A stretch of 64,000 bases of DNA from Azolla caroliniana. Lineage: Eukaryota > Plantae > Polypodiophyta. The notes beneath the pieces are model-generated. The model searched no databases. It was not told the origin of the DNA and saw only the letters and a program-made list of their open reading frames with translations. The DNA lies in NCBI GenBank assembly GCA_043228905.1, contig JBHGNT010000002.1, positions 24,986,001 to 25,050,000 on the forward strand, read 5' to 3'. This document shows positions 18,809 to 33,479 of the stretch, in pieces. The position numbers and the translations under genes were made by a program. Positions within the stretch are counted from its first letter, which is position 1; each line of letters starts with the position of its first letter.

Positions 18809-19778
18809 TTGTTACAGGCCAGGTTTAGATATTGTAAATAGGATTAGCATAACGGCAAAATTCAAGGGAAGATAAGCAACTTAGCTTAGATATCACAGGA
18901 TGAAACATTCAATTGATGTTTTAGTCACTTCATGAATTTATAAAAATTACTTTTGTTAGCATCTGCCATGCAGCATACATTTTTTTGTTTTTATGGTTTC
19001 AAACACAACATACAAAAAGGTTAGCAGAGCTCAACTTGGCTTTGCAGCTCTCTATTATGTCGAGATCTCGGGACTATACACGAATTGTTGTCAACAGGGA
19101 TTTACTCTGGATAGGGTGTTGTCACTCAACCTTGCGTTACACTTGATTTTGCCGAGATTTTTATTGAATTGTAGAGTAATGCCTTTGCACGGTCTGAACA
19201 CGACAATCTGGTCATTTTCAGACATCTGGAAGTTGAGATTCAGATAAATGAAAGTTATTTCATTATTACTTAAAGTGGAAAATATGCTATGTGTCACTAT
19301 CTTTAGCTGTTCTAAAATGCATATGTTAATTGGCTTGTGACACCTATTTTTGGTATTGCAACATCAGCTAACTTTTGTACTCCAACCAATGTGCTGTTGT
19401 GTGATCAATTAAAATAGAACATTAGCAAATTATAACCGTTCATAATCGTTGAATGCATCAGTTATCTTGGTTCTATAATATTCTTGGCACAAACGTTGTT
19501 CTTTTGAGCGTTTTTAATCATAGAGAGTTTGCCAAAAGCTTCATAAATTCAAGAGATCTAGACAACGACAAGTAAGGATTACAATAAAATAGCTCTTATT
19601 TTGCCAGTAGTGTTTTGGCATTTTCTTGACTAAGATCGGGCATCCAGGCTTTGTTAATTATAGATTTTTGAGGTTGTAATTTAGTCAATGCTTATGATAG
19701 TTGCAAAATTTGCTGACATTTCTGAAGGTGACAAGAATTGCATGAATAACTTACAGATCTTCTCGGAGTGAATGATAA

Positions 19779-19944
19779 CATTCTCATTGTATGAACATTA
19801 TAGTTATGACTTGACTTCCCATCAAGAGAGACTTTTTTTGGAGCTTTTCCAAGCTGGATTTATCATTCTCATTGTATGAACATTATAGTTATGACTTGAC
19901 TTCCCATCAAGAGAGACTTTTTTTGGAGCTTTTCCAAGCTGGAT
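19779..19944. repeat. ~81-bp direct duplication (period 85), intergenic
   Basis: cattctcattgtatgaac...ttccaagctggat occurs identically at 19779 and 19864. Confidence 0.9.
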
Positions 19945-20790
19945 GCATATGCTCTTGCAGCTTATGGACCCCCCCAGTATATGCTCTCTGCTTAGACCAT
20001 TGGATCAGCCTTGAGAGAGATAGAGAAGCATGAATATGTGCTCCATATATCTCTTGTGCCGCTTAGCACACACATATTTCATAAGTCTTCACAGGACAGA
20101 AATTTTTAGGCACTTTATAGGCTCGTCTACGTTAGATACAGGATGTCGTGGCTGTCTGGAGGATTATAATAGCTCATCATCATCATCATCATCACCACCA
20201 CTTTCTTTCGTCTCTCTTTAACATTCTTTTTCTTTAAATATAGAAAGCACAGAGATAAGAAGAACAGGATTATTATTTTTATTTAAGTAAACAACGTGAG
20301 TACTATTTAAGAGTAGTAATATATATATATATATATTAAGGTCAGTGTTTTCTCTTATATTACGTGCATAATGCTACATCCATATTTCTGCCTCTGTTTT
20401 GTGTGTCTCTCATTCATTCATATGGACCAGGGAACGAAAGTCTGACCATTCTAACCACCTCCTATGAAATAAAAATAATAGAGGCTTCTTTTGTCTTCAT
20501 TTCCAAGTGGAAAGAGTGATTCTTTGCACACAAAGTCAAAACATATTGATGAGAAGAAGGAGCCAGACCATTATTATAATCCTTTTGGCCAAATGATCAC
20601 ACACACACACATCCATGATTAAAAAAGTCTTCTCTGTACGGGATAGAAAAAGAGAACAGGGAGGGACTCGGGAGGGAGGGAGAAGGGTTCATTAAGAAAA
20701 TCCCAAGTCAATCCATCATTATTTCCCCACCTAAACATAATTATGAGAGAACTAGTTGGACTCACTAGATGTGAAGCACCATCAATTTCA

Positions 20791-23684
20791 ATGAGATCAT
20801 GGCCTTCTTTACTCGCAGTCATGTGCCTGATGATGATCGATCGGGCTTATTCATCATACCCCTATCATTCTTCTGTGCGATCCGCATTAATGAGTAGTGG
20901 ATTGGAGCTAGATGTGTTGTATAGGTACTCACCTGACTTTGCATCTTCCCCCACCGCGCCTGAAGAAATTGATGATGATATGCGATGGGCGGAGGTCGGG
21001 TTACGGAATGTGAAGGGCGGGAGCATGAGGTTCTTCGAGAGGCTTTTGACTCATGATCACCACCGAAGGCGCCATCTCCTCAACTCCACCTCCGATGTCG
21101 TATCATTGGCACCCAACAACAGTACTTCCGAGATTGCATCCTTAGGCGGGTGGGTCATTGATTGTTGATTGTTGATTTTACTGTCTTACTTTGATTGATT
21201 CATTCACATGTCGTAGTTTTATTGAATTCAGTATGTAGAGATTCCTGATTATTGATTGACAAGAGTAAAAATGAACCATGGACAACCATGGATCTTGATG
21301 ATAATGGTGACGAACATCACTTCATAATCATAATCATAATCATACTAATTGTTGTTGTGCACCATTAAACACAATGCCTGCTTTTTCTCAAAGTCTTTGC
21401 CGAGCTTAATTGGGCGGCAACTCTTGTGACCAATTTAATCAGCAAAAGAATGATTGTCGAGAATTTACCCAAGTCCTTTTATTGGCTTACAAGTTTTAGC
21501 TACAGATTGTCAAAACATCTAGCTACAGATACAGGTCTTACAGAGTAAAGATTGTTCGCCCAAACCGTATGATGGAGCCGAAATGTCTACACTTTTATAC
21601 AAGTTTCATAGCATAAAACTTGTCTCGCCCAACCGTTTCACATTTAGTGATCGCCCACAGCCCTAAGACGTTTGCCAAATTTTCTAGAATTTCGTAGGTT
21701 TCATACCGTAGAAGCCGATCCTCCAACCATTTATATCTAGTGCGCGAATGCAAGTATCCGGATCAAGCAAGTCGAATGGGAAATATTTAACGATTAATGT
21801 GCAATTTGGAAAGTAGGGCGGCCTATAATAGTCTTGGAATTTTGTGGTTGAATTTTTGTTTAGTGCCTTGTCTTTATCTCATTGTAATTGGAGTGCCTTG
21901 TCACGATCATGGAGAGGTAATAACAGTGGTAAATTTTGTCGAAAATAACTTGTTCAAGGTAATTTACTTGATTTGGTGGTGCTTTTCCCTCAGATTGCAT
22001 TATGCTATTGTCACCATTGGTTCCCCCTCCAAACAATTCCTCGTTGCCCTTGACACCGGAAGTGACCTTCTTTGGGTCCCTTGCCAATGTCAACAATGTG
22101 CTCCTGCGGATTGGTCTCTTTATGGCATCCAAGGTCTTCCGGTACATAATAAATCCTTCCTTAATCATCTCTTAATCCTTACTCATATACTTTAATAGAA
22201 GCATCAATATAAATTTATCATTTCCCTTCATTCAATGCAGTATCATTTGGCCTGAATCAAATAAGAATTACGTTGACCCACAATGTCCTTCATTAAATGT
22301 ATCATGATTTGGCCTAAACCATATGGTAGCTAGGTTGATGCACAACGTCTATCTGAATTTTTTACACACTAGCACTTCTTTATAGAAACACAATCACACT
22401 AATTGAAGAAGGGTCTCTATTTCCAATAATTGGCGTGTTTGGAAGGTATGTTAGACACCTAAACATTAAGAAACAAGTGTTGAGAACAACTTCCAACAAT
22501 ACATACATAGGACTCAAGAGACATGTTGAGACATTAATAATAGGGAAAAGTACCAGGATACCCTTGGAAATTCGTCTATTTACTAGAATGCCCCTGGAAG
22601 TTCCAAAATTACAAAACTACCCCTATGTCCAAAAAATTACACTTTATAAAGTAATTATACACTCAAATATTTGGTAAATAAGACTAGTTCGGGTCCATTT
22701 CTTCTATCTTTGGTAAATAGGGCTTGTAGATTTGAGTGTATAATTACTTTATAGAGTGTAATTTTTTGGACATAGGGGTAGTTTAGTAAATTTGGAACTT
22801 CTAGGGGCATTCTGGTAAATAGACGAACTTCAAGGGGTATCATGGTACTTTTCCCTTAATAATAAAGTGTTTGACCAATCACTGATAATTGGTAGGCTAC
22901 ACCATGAGATGTTGATAGTTGGTGGACTATGGTTCTAATTGTAGCTTGTCCAAATGAAGCTTGTTCAATGGTAGATATGATTGAAATCAATATACAAAAT
23001 TGTCTATCAAAGGAAGGAGACATTTTTGCAAAATATTCAACCTCGCCTTGTGTGCGCAATGTACATATTCTTTAATAGGCAAATTCCCAAGGTCATAGCC
23101 AAACATTCTTGCCAATGCTAAAGAGACATGCCATGACATGGATTGGCACATGCTCAGGCGCATTGAAAATACAGATTAAACTTATATTGAATATTCGGAA
23201 AAGGAGAATATGTGGTTGATGTTGCCTCAACTTACTAGAAACATGAGAACATGTCCCTTTAGAATGGCTCACATATGAGGACACCATGCATGATTTTGAA
23301 GAATTCCTACCAAGAGCTTATCACATGGACAAGTTCATTGCATGCGACACTAGGGAAGCTCACTGTTCATTTACTTAGCAAGTAAACCAAAGTCATGGAA
23401 GATCCAAATTATGAAATTAGGAGACAAGCTTAGTTTTATGTTTCCACTTCTACTTTTTCATTTTGCTCTATCATTGTAAATTTCCTACCTAAATGGCTAG
23501 GGAGAGCACCTCGTAGTGATAGTTGGCCTCAAGTGTTATGCTACCCCCCCTTGAAGTTTACGACTTTATAGGTATATATAGAATTGAGATGAAGGATGTG
23601 AGTCATATGCATGTTCGAGCAATGTTCAAATATTTGTGATAGCTTACGTCATGTCTCGTTTTATGGAGACTTCAACTTGCACAA

Positions 23685-23727
<43 letters not shown>

Positions 23728-26700
23728 GACAACCCTCAAATGGGATGGTCTTCACTATGTAATGCAAGGGGTCTCTTTCTTTATTTCAATGTTAAGTCTT
23801 TATATTGATCCATAACCACAAGGTGGGTTTACATACAAGGGCTTTTGGTGTTGGGTTCGTTTAAAAGTTATAGTTGTTAACTTTTTCAATACTCATATCA
23901 TGGGGAGATGAAGAGGATTGTTTAATTGGCATTAATGACAGTGGAACCGAAGGGAGGATTTAAGGTTAAATGATTGAAAAATCAATTAAGGTCATCACAA
24001 TATTCAACCATTGTCTAAATAGAAAGTGGTGATGGCTTAAAAACTTGAATTTGTTTCTTAATTAGTTAATTAGTGTCTTGTATCACACACAAAATTAATT
24101 AACGTTATTTGTACATTCTTATTGTTATAGGAATAGCTTTAAAGAACCAAAGTTAAAGCCCAATTTTAGTGGATTAAGGGTGCTTAGCCACACCAATCAC
24201 CCCGTAACAAAGGAGAAAAGATGAATATAGAGCACCATCAACGTCCCCTACCACCCAACATAGATTTGCATTATATTTATGAAGTTATGCAATGATAGAT
24301 AAGAAGTATGAGAGTATTTTTAATCCAATGGAAGAGTCTCTTCACAACCACATCTTGATCTTATGCATTGTATGTCCTCCATTGGTTCTCCTAAGTTTTA
24401 GAATGATTGAGTTTCTACTTTTCCTACCCTTAAATCCATTAAATTTTGCATTTCATAATACTTTAGGTCACACCCCTAATAATAAAGATGTTATATTACC
24501 CTTGATTATTAATATGTATTTGGATAATGAAATGTACAACATGCCAAGTGTAATGTGTTGTGTATTGTATGTTGCATTTCTAATGCATGCTAGCAAAGTT
24601 TAGTAATTTTTCCACTATCACATAATTTTGGGCTTTGTAAGAGACGTTGATGTCATAATGGCTAAATGTTTGTGTAAACTTGTCCCAAACTCTATCATAT
24701 GGCCTATGGTTTGGATTATAGAGCACCAAGGATCTATTTATTTGGAGTTCTTGTGTGAAAATGGTGACCTTTTTCTTACAAAGAGAACTTTGAAAACATA
24801 CTCCACGGAGGTCCTTGTGTTAGTGATTGAAAGAGAATGATTTGGAAAGATTAAGAATGTGTAAACATCACAAATTGATGTTGTATAAAACCTAGTCTTC
24901 TTATTATAAGTTGTGAATGGTTTTTCTCATTGGATTGTATGAAGGAGATGAGATGACTAAAGATGTCACACAATAAAAATGCTAAAAGAAAGATGTAACT
25001 TGAAACCTTTACCATTAAGGGTAATTGGTACATAAGCTAAAATTACTCAAAAATCAATTTACATATTTTGATTATGGACAAATGCCCCTTTTCAAAGGAA
25101 CAATAACCAAACCTCCTAGGAGTCTCTATGTTTGCACATATATGGAATGGATTCAATATAGTAGTTGTGCCTATATCCAAGGTTGGAGATGTTGCACCAA
25201 AAATATACATGGCTAGAGATACATATTGCACCAATATTCAAAGCTTGAACTTTGAGATTATTGCACCATTAAAAAGTATATACAAAATGAAGGGACTAAT
25301 GATAAGACATCCTAACTGAACACATATTTCTTAAATCTCATAGATCTCCATTATAGCATTATGAGATAACCCTAATGAATACATCATGCTACTTTTATAC
25401 AAATATCTTATGATATTAGAGATAACGCGTTCACATTATTCACGGATATACTTTGAACACGTGAACACAATGATTTCTCCTATAAACTGAAATTAAATGA
25501 TTGCTTTGAAATTGTTTTTTTCCAGGAATTTGCAATTTATGATCCATCGAATTCAAATACGAGTAAAATTGTTTCTTGTAGTGATGGTATATGTGCCAAC
25601 ACATTGTCTCCCTATGTTTGTGTTGGGAATGGGCCATGTTCCTACAATGCAAATTATCTTTCAGAGAATACATCTAGCTCTGGAATTATAGTACAAGACG
25701 TTCTTTATTTAAACTCAGAAAACTCCATTGGATCATCAATTGAAACACCTATATATTTTGGGTATGTTCTACTTTATATTTGTGTCGGTTATTTTGTTTG
25801 GAATTTGACCTGATGATATTGATGTTTTTAATATGTTAGCCACTACTTCACATAAACTTTTGATACACTTTAGCCAAATTTTCGATAGGTGTGGACAAGT
25901 GCAGACAGGTCTTTTCCTTGATGTTGCTCCAAATGGATTATTTGGTTTGGGACCCGAGGTTTACTCTGTGCCGTCAACCCTCGCTGCCAATTCTATAGTC
26001 CCTAACCATATATTCTCAATGTGCTTTACATACACTGGGACCCGTGGAAGACTCATCTTTGGAAAGAAACCTCCAGCCTCTATTGTTTCTCAAACTCCAC
26101 TCGTTCCTATTAATCCGAGGTATGTTTCAATCTCATCCTCTCACCCTTCCTTGTAATGGAAAGTCCATTCTGTAAGGTTACATTTTCATTAACTGTTTCA
26201 ACTCCCCACCCCACAAAAATACGAAGGTTATAATTTGTAAATATACATTTGGCTAGGTAATGACAATATTCCCACATTTAAATGATGTTCAGCAAGCAGA
26301 ATCCTCTACCATCATGAATCTTTACTATCACTCACTTCCCTATGAAGTACAATCATTTTTATCCCCTCCCTCACATCCCTACACAATTATTTCCATTTGT
26401 CCTTTCCTTCACCTTTGTCCTTCTAGTGGTAGTTTCTCTTACACTTTCAATAACATTTAATGCCTTGATTTGATTAGTTTTCACAATTTGTTGATTGAGT
26501 GTGTGTGCTTGTGTTTCCCATCCAAATACGTTTTGCCACTCAAAGCAACACTATCAACAAAACAAGAGTAATGTGTAGGCAACACCACCCAAATGTTGAT
26601 TACACTTGCATAATGTCGAGAACGATGAATAAAAGAACCCCAGGAAAACTTGTCCTGTGAGAATTTATTGGGATGCATATATGTGTGCTCAACAAAGACA

Positions 26701-29700
26701 AGAAAAACTTATGTTGTTAATTAAGCAAAAACACATAATTGGATTCTTGAAATCATGATAATTCCTATAATTGTTGTAAAGAATCGATGGTGATTCTTGT
26801 GCAACGGAATAGATGTGCGTTATGTGCGAGAGAAAAGAGAACTCAAGATAGATAAAATGGGAGGAAAATAAAATACTCAAGAAGAAGGTGTATATTACAC
26901 TAGTAGAATAAGAATTACAAAATGTAGCATAATGAGTCATAACCGACTTAGTATAATGTATGAGGAGGGTGCTTTATATAGAGTCACCCTCTCTCTTCAT
27001 TAACTAACTACAACAACCACTCTCTCTCTTGGGGAATGTGAAGACTCATAGTCATGGGGAATATGTAACTCATTAGTTATGTGTCATAAAAAATGATTCT
27101 ATGACACATAGTTAATGTGTAGAGAGTAGTGGTGTGACTCTTGACCTTTGAGTAATCATGGATTCTCAAAAGGTGTGTTCACACGTTGTGTTATGTTGAG
27201 CTTGATTCTCAACAATTGTTAATGAGTGACATAACTTGGGATGTGTTGCTTGCCAATAACCAACAATTGGCTCTTTTATAGGGAGGTTACATCTTGAGAA
27301 GTTAACAAGTTAGCATGAATGGAATATTCAATATACTATGGGACACTCTACACAACTTTGATTGTGGCTAGATGAAAGTCATCTAGGCAAAACTCATGTT
27401 GTTGAGTGTTAACAATTAGGTAGTTAACTAGGATTAATTATGTGAGTATTGATAAAGCAACGAAAGATTATGTGATATGTGTGAGAGGAAGAGAGAGTGT
27501 CATGAAGACATACACTTTGGCCTTACAAAGATTCGATCCCACAACATCTTGGTCTATATGTTAGACCTTTAACCATTACAGTAACATACATGATGTATAA
27601 TTATAATAAATATATTATTAGTTATTACAAGATATTTAGAGTATTCTAGAACATTCTAGAATACTCCATAAGGACCTATAAATAGACGTCCATTCATTCA
27701 TCACAACTCATTTGGTTCAACACTAGTCTTTAGCCCTTAGCCTACTCTTTGTAACCTTGTTTCCTCATAATATAATCTCATTTCCATTTCTTGTCTTCTC
27801 TCTCTCCTACTCAAGAGTCTTGACAGTTTGAACCGAATATTCTTTTCTTCTTCTCCAATTTCTTATTCTTCTTCTCTTAAACTTATTTAAGCGAATCTAG
27901 CAAATCTCTCTCGTAACTATGGAGTCCGTCGGCAAGCAAGAACATATGCGCGTTCTCTCCAAACTCGATATGCTAACAACCAATTTCGTGGCCCTAGAGC
28001 AAGAAAATCAAAGATTGCTAGGCGAACTACAACAAGTAAGTGCTGAGAAGGTACAACAATTTGAAGATTTATCTCAATGGGTGCATCAATTGGAGGGTAC
28101 TTTATTGCAACGACAAGCGGTGGAAGTTCAAACTTCACCGAAAGAACCAAAGATTAGTCTACCAGCTAAGTTTGATGGTACAAGGTCTCAATTTCGTGGA
28201 TTTTTAAATCAGGTACGGCTTGAGATTAAATTGCACCCTAGTCGTTACCCAACCGATGTTGCTTGTGTGGGACTAGTTGGCACCTTATTAACGGGTACCG
28301 CATTAGCATGGTTTGCACCACTCCTACAGAAGCACTCACCATTATTAGAAGATTTTGAAGGGTTTATTAATGAGTTCCAAGCCAACTTTGGAGACACTGA
28401 TAGTATGAGGACTGCAATAAACAAAATTCGACGATTACTACAAGGAGATCGTCCTACTTCCACTTATGTTGTAGATTTTCGCCTTCTAGCATGTGATATT
28501 CCATGGGATGAGGCGGCGTTAATGGACCAATTCTGTCAAGGTCTGCACAATGATGTGAAGGATTTACTTCTTACCTTCCATGATGATCCAAAATCGCTTA
28601 TTGAAGCAATAGGCCAGGCCGTGTGATGTGACAATCGCCTATTTGAGCGGTGTTCTGAGTGCCAACAAATGTTACGCTTCTGACCAACAGAAACATATGC
28701 TTCGGTGGTCACAACTCCACCCCAAGTATCAAAGTCAAGTTTGGTGGAAGGCCCTACTCCAATGGAAATTGAGACAACACGATGTCGAGGAAATTATCGG
28801 ATGCTGAAAAGCAACAACGGCGAGTGAATCGTCTATGCCTCTATTGTGGTGGTCTGGGGCATATTGCTGTGAATTGTCCACATAAATCACGACGATAAGT
28901 TAACCAAGTAAGTGCTCATGACAATCCCATCTCAATTTCTGCCCCGCCTTCTCGTAACCCAAGTAGGCCTAGTAGTCCCTGTCATAAAAATATATTTGAT
29001 GTCTTGAGCCAATTAGATGATGTGTTAAACGAGTAAGTCCAGCCAAAACACTCAAAAGAAGGTTGCTGACCGTCATCAACTTGATTCATCGACTACGTTT
29101 CAAGTGGGAGATCGAGTATGGCTTTTGCAAGGTCGCATTAAAACAATCCGACCTTGTTGGAAATTGGATTATCAACATTTTGGCCCATATGTGATATCTG
29201 GTAAGATCAATGATGTGGCATTTCACCTTGATCTTCCCCCTCATATGCATCTTCACCCGGTCTTCCATGTTTCACTTTTGGAGCCCTATACAACCAGCTC
29301 TATTCTAGGTTGTCTTACATCTCCCCCACCTCTAATCGAAGTTTCGGATGGCTCCGAATATGAAGTTGTTGCCATTCTCGACTCCAAGATCGTTTGCAAC
29401 AAACTGTATTATTTGGTTGACTGGTTAGGTTATACACCTAATGATTGAACATGGGAACCTCTCGAGAATCTTGCTAATGCCTTTGAAGTGGTTGCTGTGT
29501 TTCACAACAAGTATCCGCATAAGCCAAGTCCGAGATCTTGTCTTCCGACTCATGTAACTCGTCGTCGAAAAGGGGGGATAATGTCATGAAGACATACATT
29601 TTGGCCGTACAAAGATTCGAGCCCACGACATCTTGGTCAATATGTTAAACCTTTAACCATTATAATATATATTATTAGTTATTGCAAAATATTTGGAGTA

Positions 29701-32700
29701 TTCTAGAACATTCGAGGATATTCCATGATTATATTAAATATCATAAATATCTAAAATATTCTAAAACATTCTAGAATACTCAATAAGGACCTATAAATAG
29801 GCGTCTATTCATTCATTACAACTCATTCGGTTCAACATTAGTCTTCATAAATATCTAAAATATTCTAGAACATTCTAGAATACTCAATAAGGACCTATAA
29901 ATAGGCATCTACTCATTCATTACAACTCATCCGGTTTAGCCTTAGCCTAGTCTTTGTAACATTGTTTCCTCATAATATAATCTCATTTCCATTTCTCTCT
30001 CTCTCTCTCTCCTACTCACGAGTCTCGACAAAGAGAGGAAGATACACTTATGAACAATAATATAAATGGGGGATGATTAACAAGAGTGTAGCTAAAGACC
30101 TTTGCTCTATATTAATAAACATCAAAATACAACGATATCCTCAATGAGGTATATATACATCTCATGTGCAAGGGTGCACATGTGTGAGGAGAATATAGGT
30201 ACAAATGTGTAAGTCCTGTATTAAATGAACATGTGAGTGGAGTATCTAGAATGTATCCCACTCAAGTACAAAAACCTATTTAAGGCTTTAAGGTCAATAC
30301 ACTAACTAGATTCTATCTAGGTAACTACTAAGTTAAGTATGATGTGTTGCCTCCCTATACCCAACAATCAGCTAAGTAGGATATATTTTAAGATATTAAC
30401 AATATAGTATTAACACAAACTGCAATATGCTAGGAACACCTATGTAACTTGCCTTAGCATATGTATCAATGAAAATCATCCAACATCACGATCTTCTTGC
30501 TCCGTGCTCGTTGTCTCTTGTTTGAGATTCCAATCTCAATTGTTGATGGGTAGAGTCTAGTATTGACCTTGATAACATGTACATCTACATGCACACATTA
30601 CAATGTCATTTGGATGGTAGTAGACTGAAGACCTCAAACCACTATGATCAATACACTAAATATAATTTAGTATAAATATAGCAAGATACGACATATTATA
30701 TATTACCATTGTATCATCCTTTTGTACAAGAAAAGGCCGATATGTTTGGAGATCTATATCTTGACATTCATAACTATTCTAATGAAAAGAATGAGTCAGT
30801 AGTTTCAGACATGAATGGAAGTATTAGACATATATGAGCAAATTGGAGATTTCTTACTAGGTAGTAGGGCCATGTGACATACATTTGCATGGAATACATT
30901 CCAAGTGGAAATGATGCTAATCTAATTTGAAGTACAAACGCAAAAAGATTAAGCATGAAAATTTTGATGATCTTTGTGAATCATTAAAAAACTCAACAAA
31001 CGTTTTTTTTCCTTTTCGTACTTTGATAAAACAAAAAATTCCCTAGATCATACATGCAATAAGTTATTTTTTATGTGTTGCATCATGCAAAGATAAAGTC
31101 ATCGTGACATGTAAAGCCAAACCAACTGATGTTTTTGATTGGCCATATAAGATGAGGTGGCAAATTTGGAGTACCTAAGTTGACGCATTAGAGGAGTTGA
31201 TCATGTGTAACCTTATTCCATATTATATAGAGAATGCAAAATTGAATTGTTATGACCTTGCATGACCCATTAATGATATATTTATGACACATCCATGCCA
31301 TCCAAAGCTACATTATCATGGCACATCCATGATACCCATGAGTCATGACCATCTTTTATACTCGTGATTCGTGAATGTCTATACCCTTAGAATTCATGGT
31401 AAAAATACAATCTAGATCATGGATCAACGTGCATTCTTTGGACAAACAAATCCTTCTTAAGTTTATTTATTATAATATTTAGTTTACTTCATATTTATAC
31501 TTTTTTATTTTAATGGTATAGCAAATACGAGTTTATGTTAATGGAATGCTCCAATAAGAACTTTTATGTGGAAGACTCTTTAAACGACAGACACGAGGGT
31601 ATAGATGGTCATGGGTATGTCATGAAGGTTGCAGTCTTGCAGATAAATCTCACCCATGTTCACAAATGTTAAAAAGGATTAGTCCAATGATTAAATAATG
31701 GATACAAGTATTCTTAAATTGAGAGATAACCCAAGGTTTTCCTTGAGACTAAATAGGGAATAAAATTCAACTCACCAACATTGCATGATTATGGTGTGAT
31801 CTCGTCTAGACATTACCTCAAATGATGGACTAAAATAATGCACCAAGAGAGTCTGTTGCAAGTTGGTATTCAACCAAAACACAACACATTATTGATATTC
31901 TCGTTTATTTGCAAACTATAATTGAAAATAGGCGTAAAGTGCAACCGTCCTTTTGTAGATTTCAAGAAGTTTTTTTATACAATACCAATGTCAAAGTTAT
32001 GAAAAACAATGGAAAAACGTGGAGTGACAATGTGAATGTAACGCTTTAATGGCCCAATTATCTCACCAAGTAATATGCAAGTTGTAGACAAATAAAGGCT
32101 TCTTTGGATAGTTGATTATCATCGTAGGAGTGAGACAAGGATGTGCTCTGCGACATACAATATTTGCATTGTGTGACAAACTAGAAGAACTCTAATATCA
32201 CCAAAGTTAAATAAGAAATGTTTGTAAAGAAAAACAATTACTCATATGAGGGCATGGTATTTCTCATCATTTACTATAATTATTAATAGTTGAAACGAAT
32301 TTGAGGGTCCCCACACATGTGGCCATGTACTTGCCAATAATAGAAAGTAGTAATTAAAGTTCCCTCATAATGTATTACCTCTATTGTGACAATAAAGTGT
32401 CTCATCTAACATTCTAAATCTCTTAACTACCCTACCATGTACCTATGGCTATCCAACTTGGTTATTACATACTTAGACTTACTTAACCATGCTCACGTTG
32501 AGGGTGCCTAGAATACAAATTAACCAACATTGCCAAACTTGATTTATGCCTACCATGGGAACAAGTTCAACGACATTGGCTTGTGATATGGTTCATTCAA
32601 AAGACATTGATGAGTCGAGCCAATTTGGTCGGTGCCTTCGCTGTTGTGACATATTATTCAAGATGGGGCATACCATCAAAGGTATGGATTTCTCAGTATG

Positions 32701-33422
32701 AGGTCGGATTTGCTCTAGAACACTAAAATGGATGCTCCCTAATGGAACTTTTCTTGGTGATGGTTATGTTGGTGATTGAATCTTCTTATCGTGGCAATTG
32801 GTCCTCATCAAGTTGCTCTACGACTTGATGCCAGACACTAGGCTCTTGATACTCAATCATTCTGATGGCCTCTCCAATCCCAATCCATAGAATGTTTGCA
32901 AACCATAAGCAAGTTAATGATTTTCTCTTTTGAGCCATTCACTTGCAATAATTGGTCATACTTTTCTTATGCATCATCGTGTAGCACATGCTCGTGTTGT
33001 TGACAACATGATTGATGACATTAAGTCCCACCAACTCCATGGTACACTTCTAATAACACTATGTATGCTCATACAACAATCATGTCTTGGTCATAGTGGT
33101 ATAATCGTGGAATGCCTTTGCTTCCACTCACTTGATGCAATAATAGGTGGCTTTGATACTAGATTTGTTATTTATGTGGAATACAATTGGGTTGCATGGT
33201 CTAACAAATATGAGGCCTCATTTTGTAGGCAAACATGTTGAACACTTTGATGGCTCCAGATGCACGCATGTGAATTTACTCGAGGCATCAACATCTCTGT
33301 TTGCAACATTTCTCCTTATTCATTTGGTCCTTGAAACCCTCTTGGAGTCTACTTAGACAAAGGAAGATATAATAGAGTATATTGTAAACGTGAGTGTTTG
33401 CGGAAGCGTAAAACAGAGAAAA

Positions 33423-33479
<57 letters not shown>

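Noticed and set aside
26480-27497. Additional solo LTRs here and at 30031-30415
   Set aside because: TG..CA ends and LTR-like composition are present, but no TSD or partner LTR could be matched.
32400-33380. Old minus-strand LTR element (PBS-like TAGTATCAAAGCC at ~33149-33161)
   Set aside because: No translatable gag/pol motif or boundary was found, so it is too degenerate to annotate.
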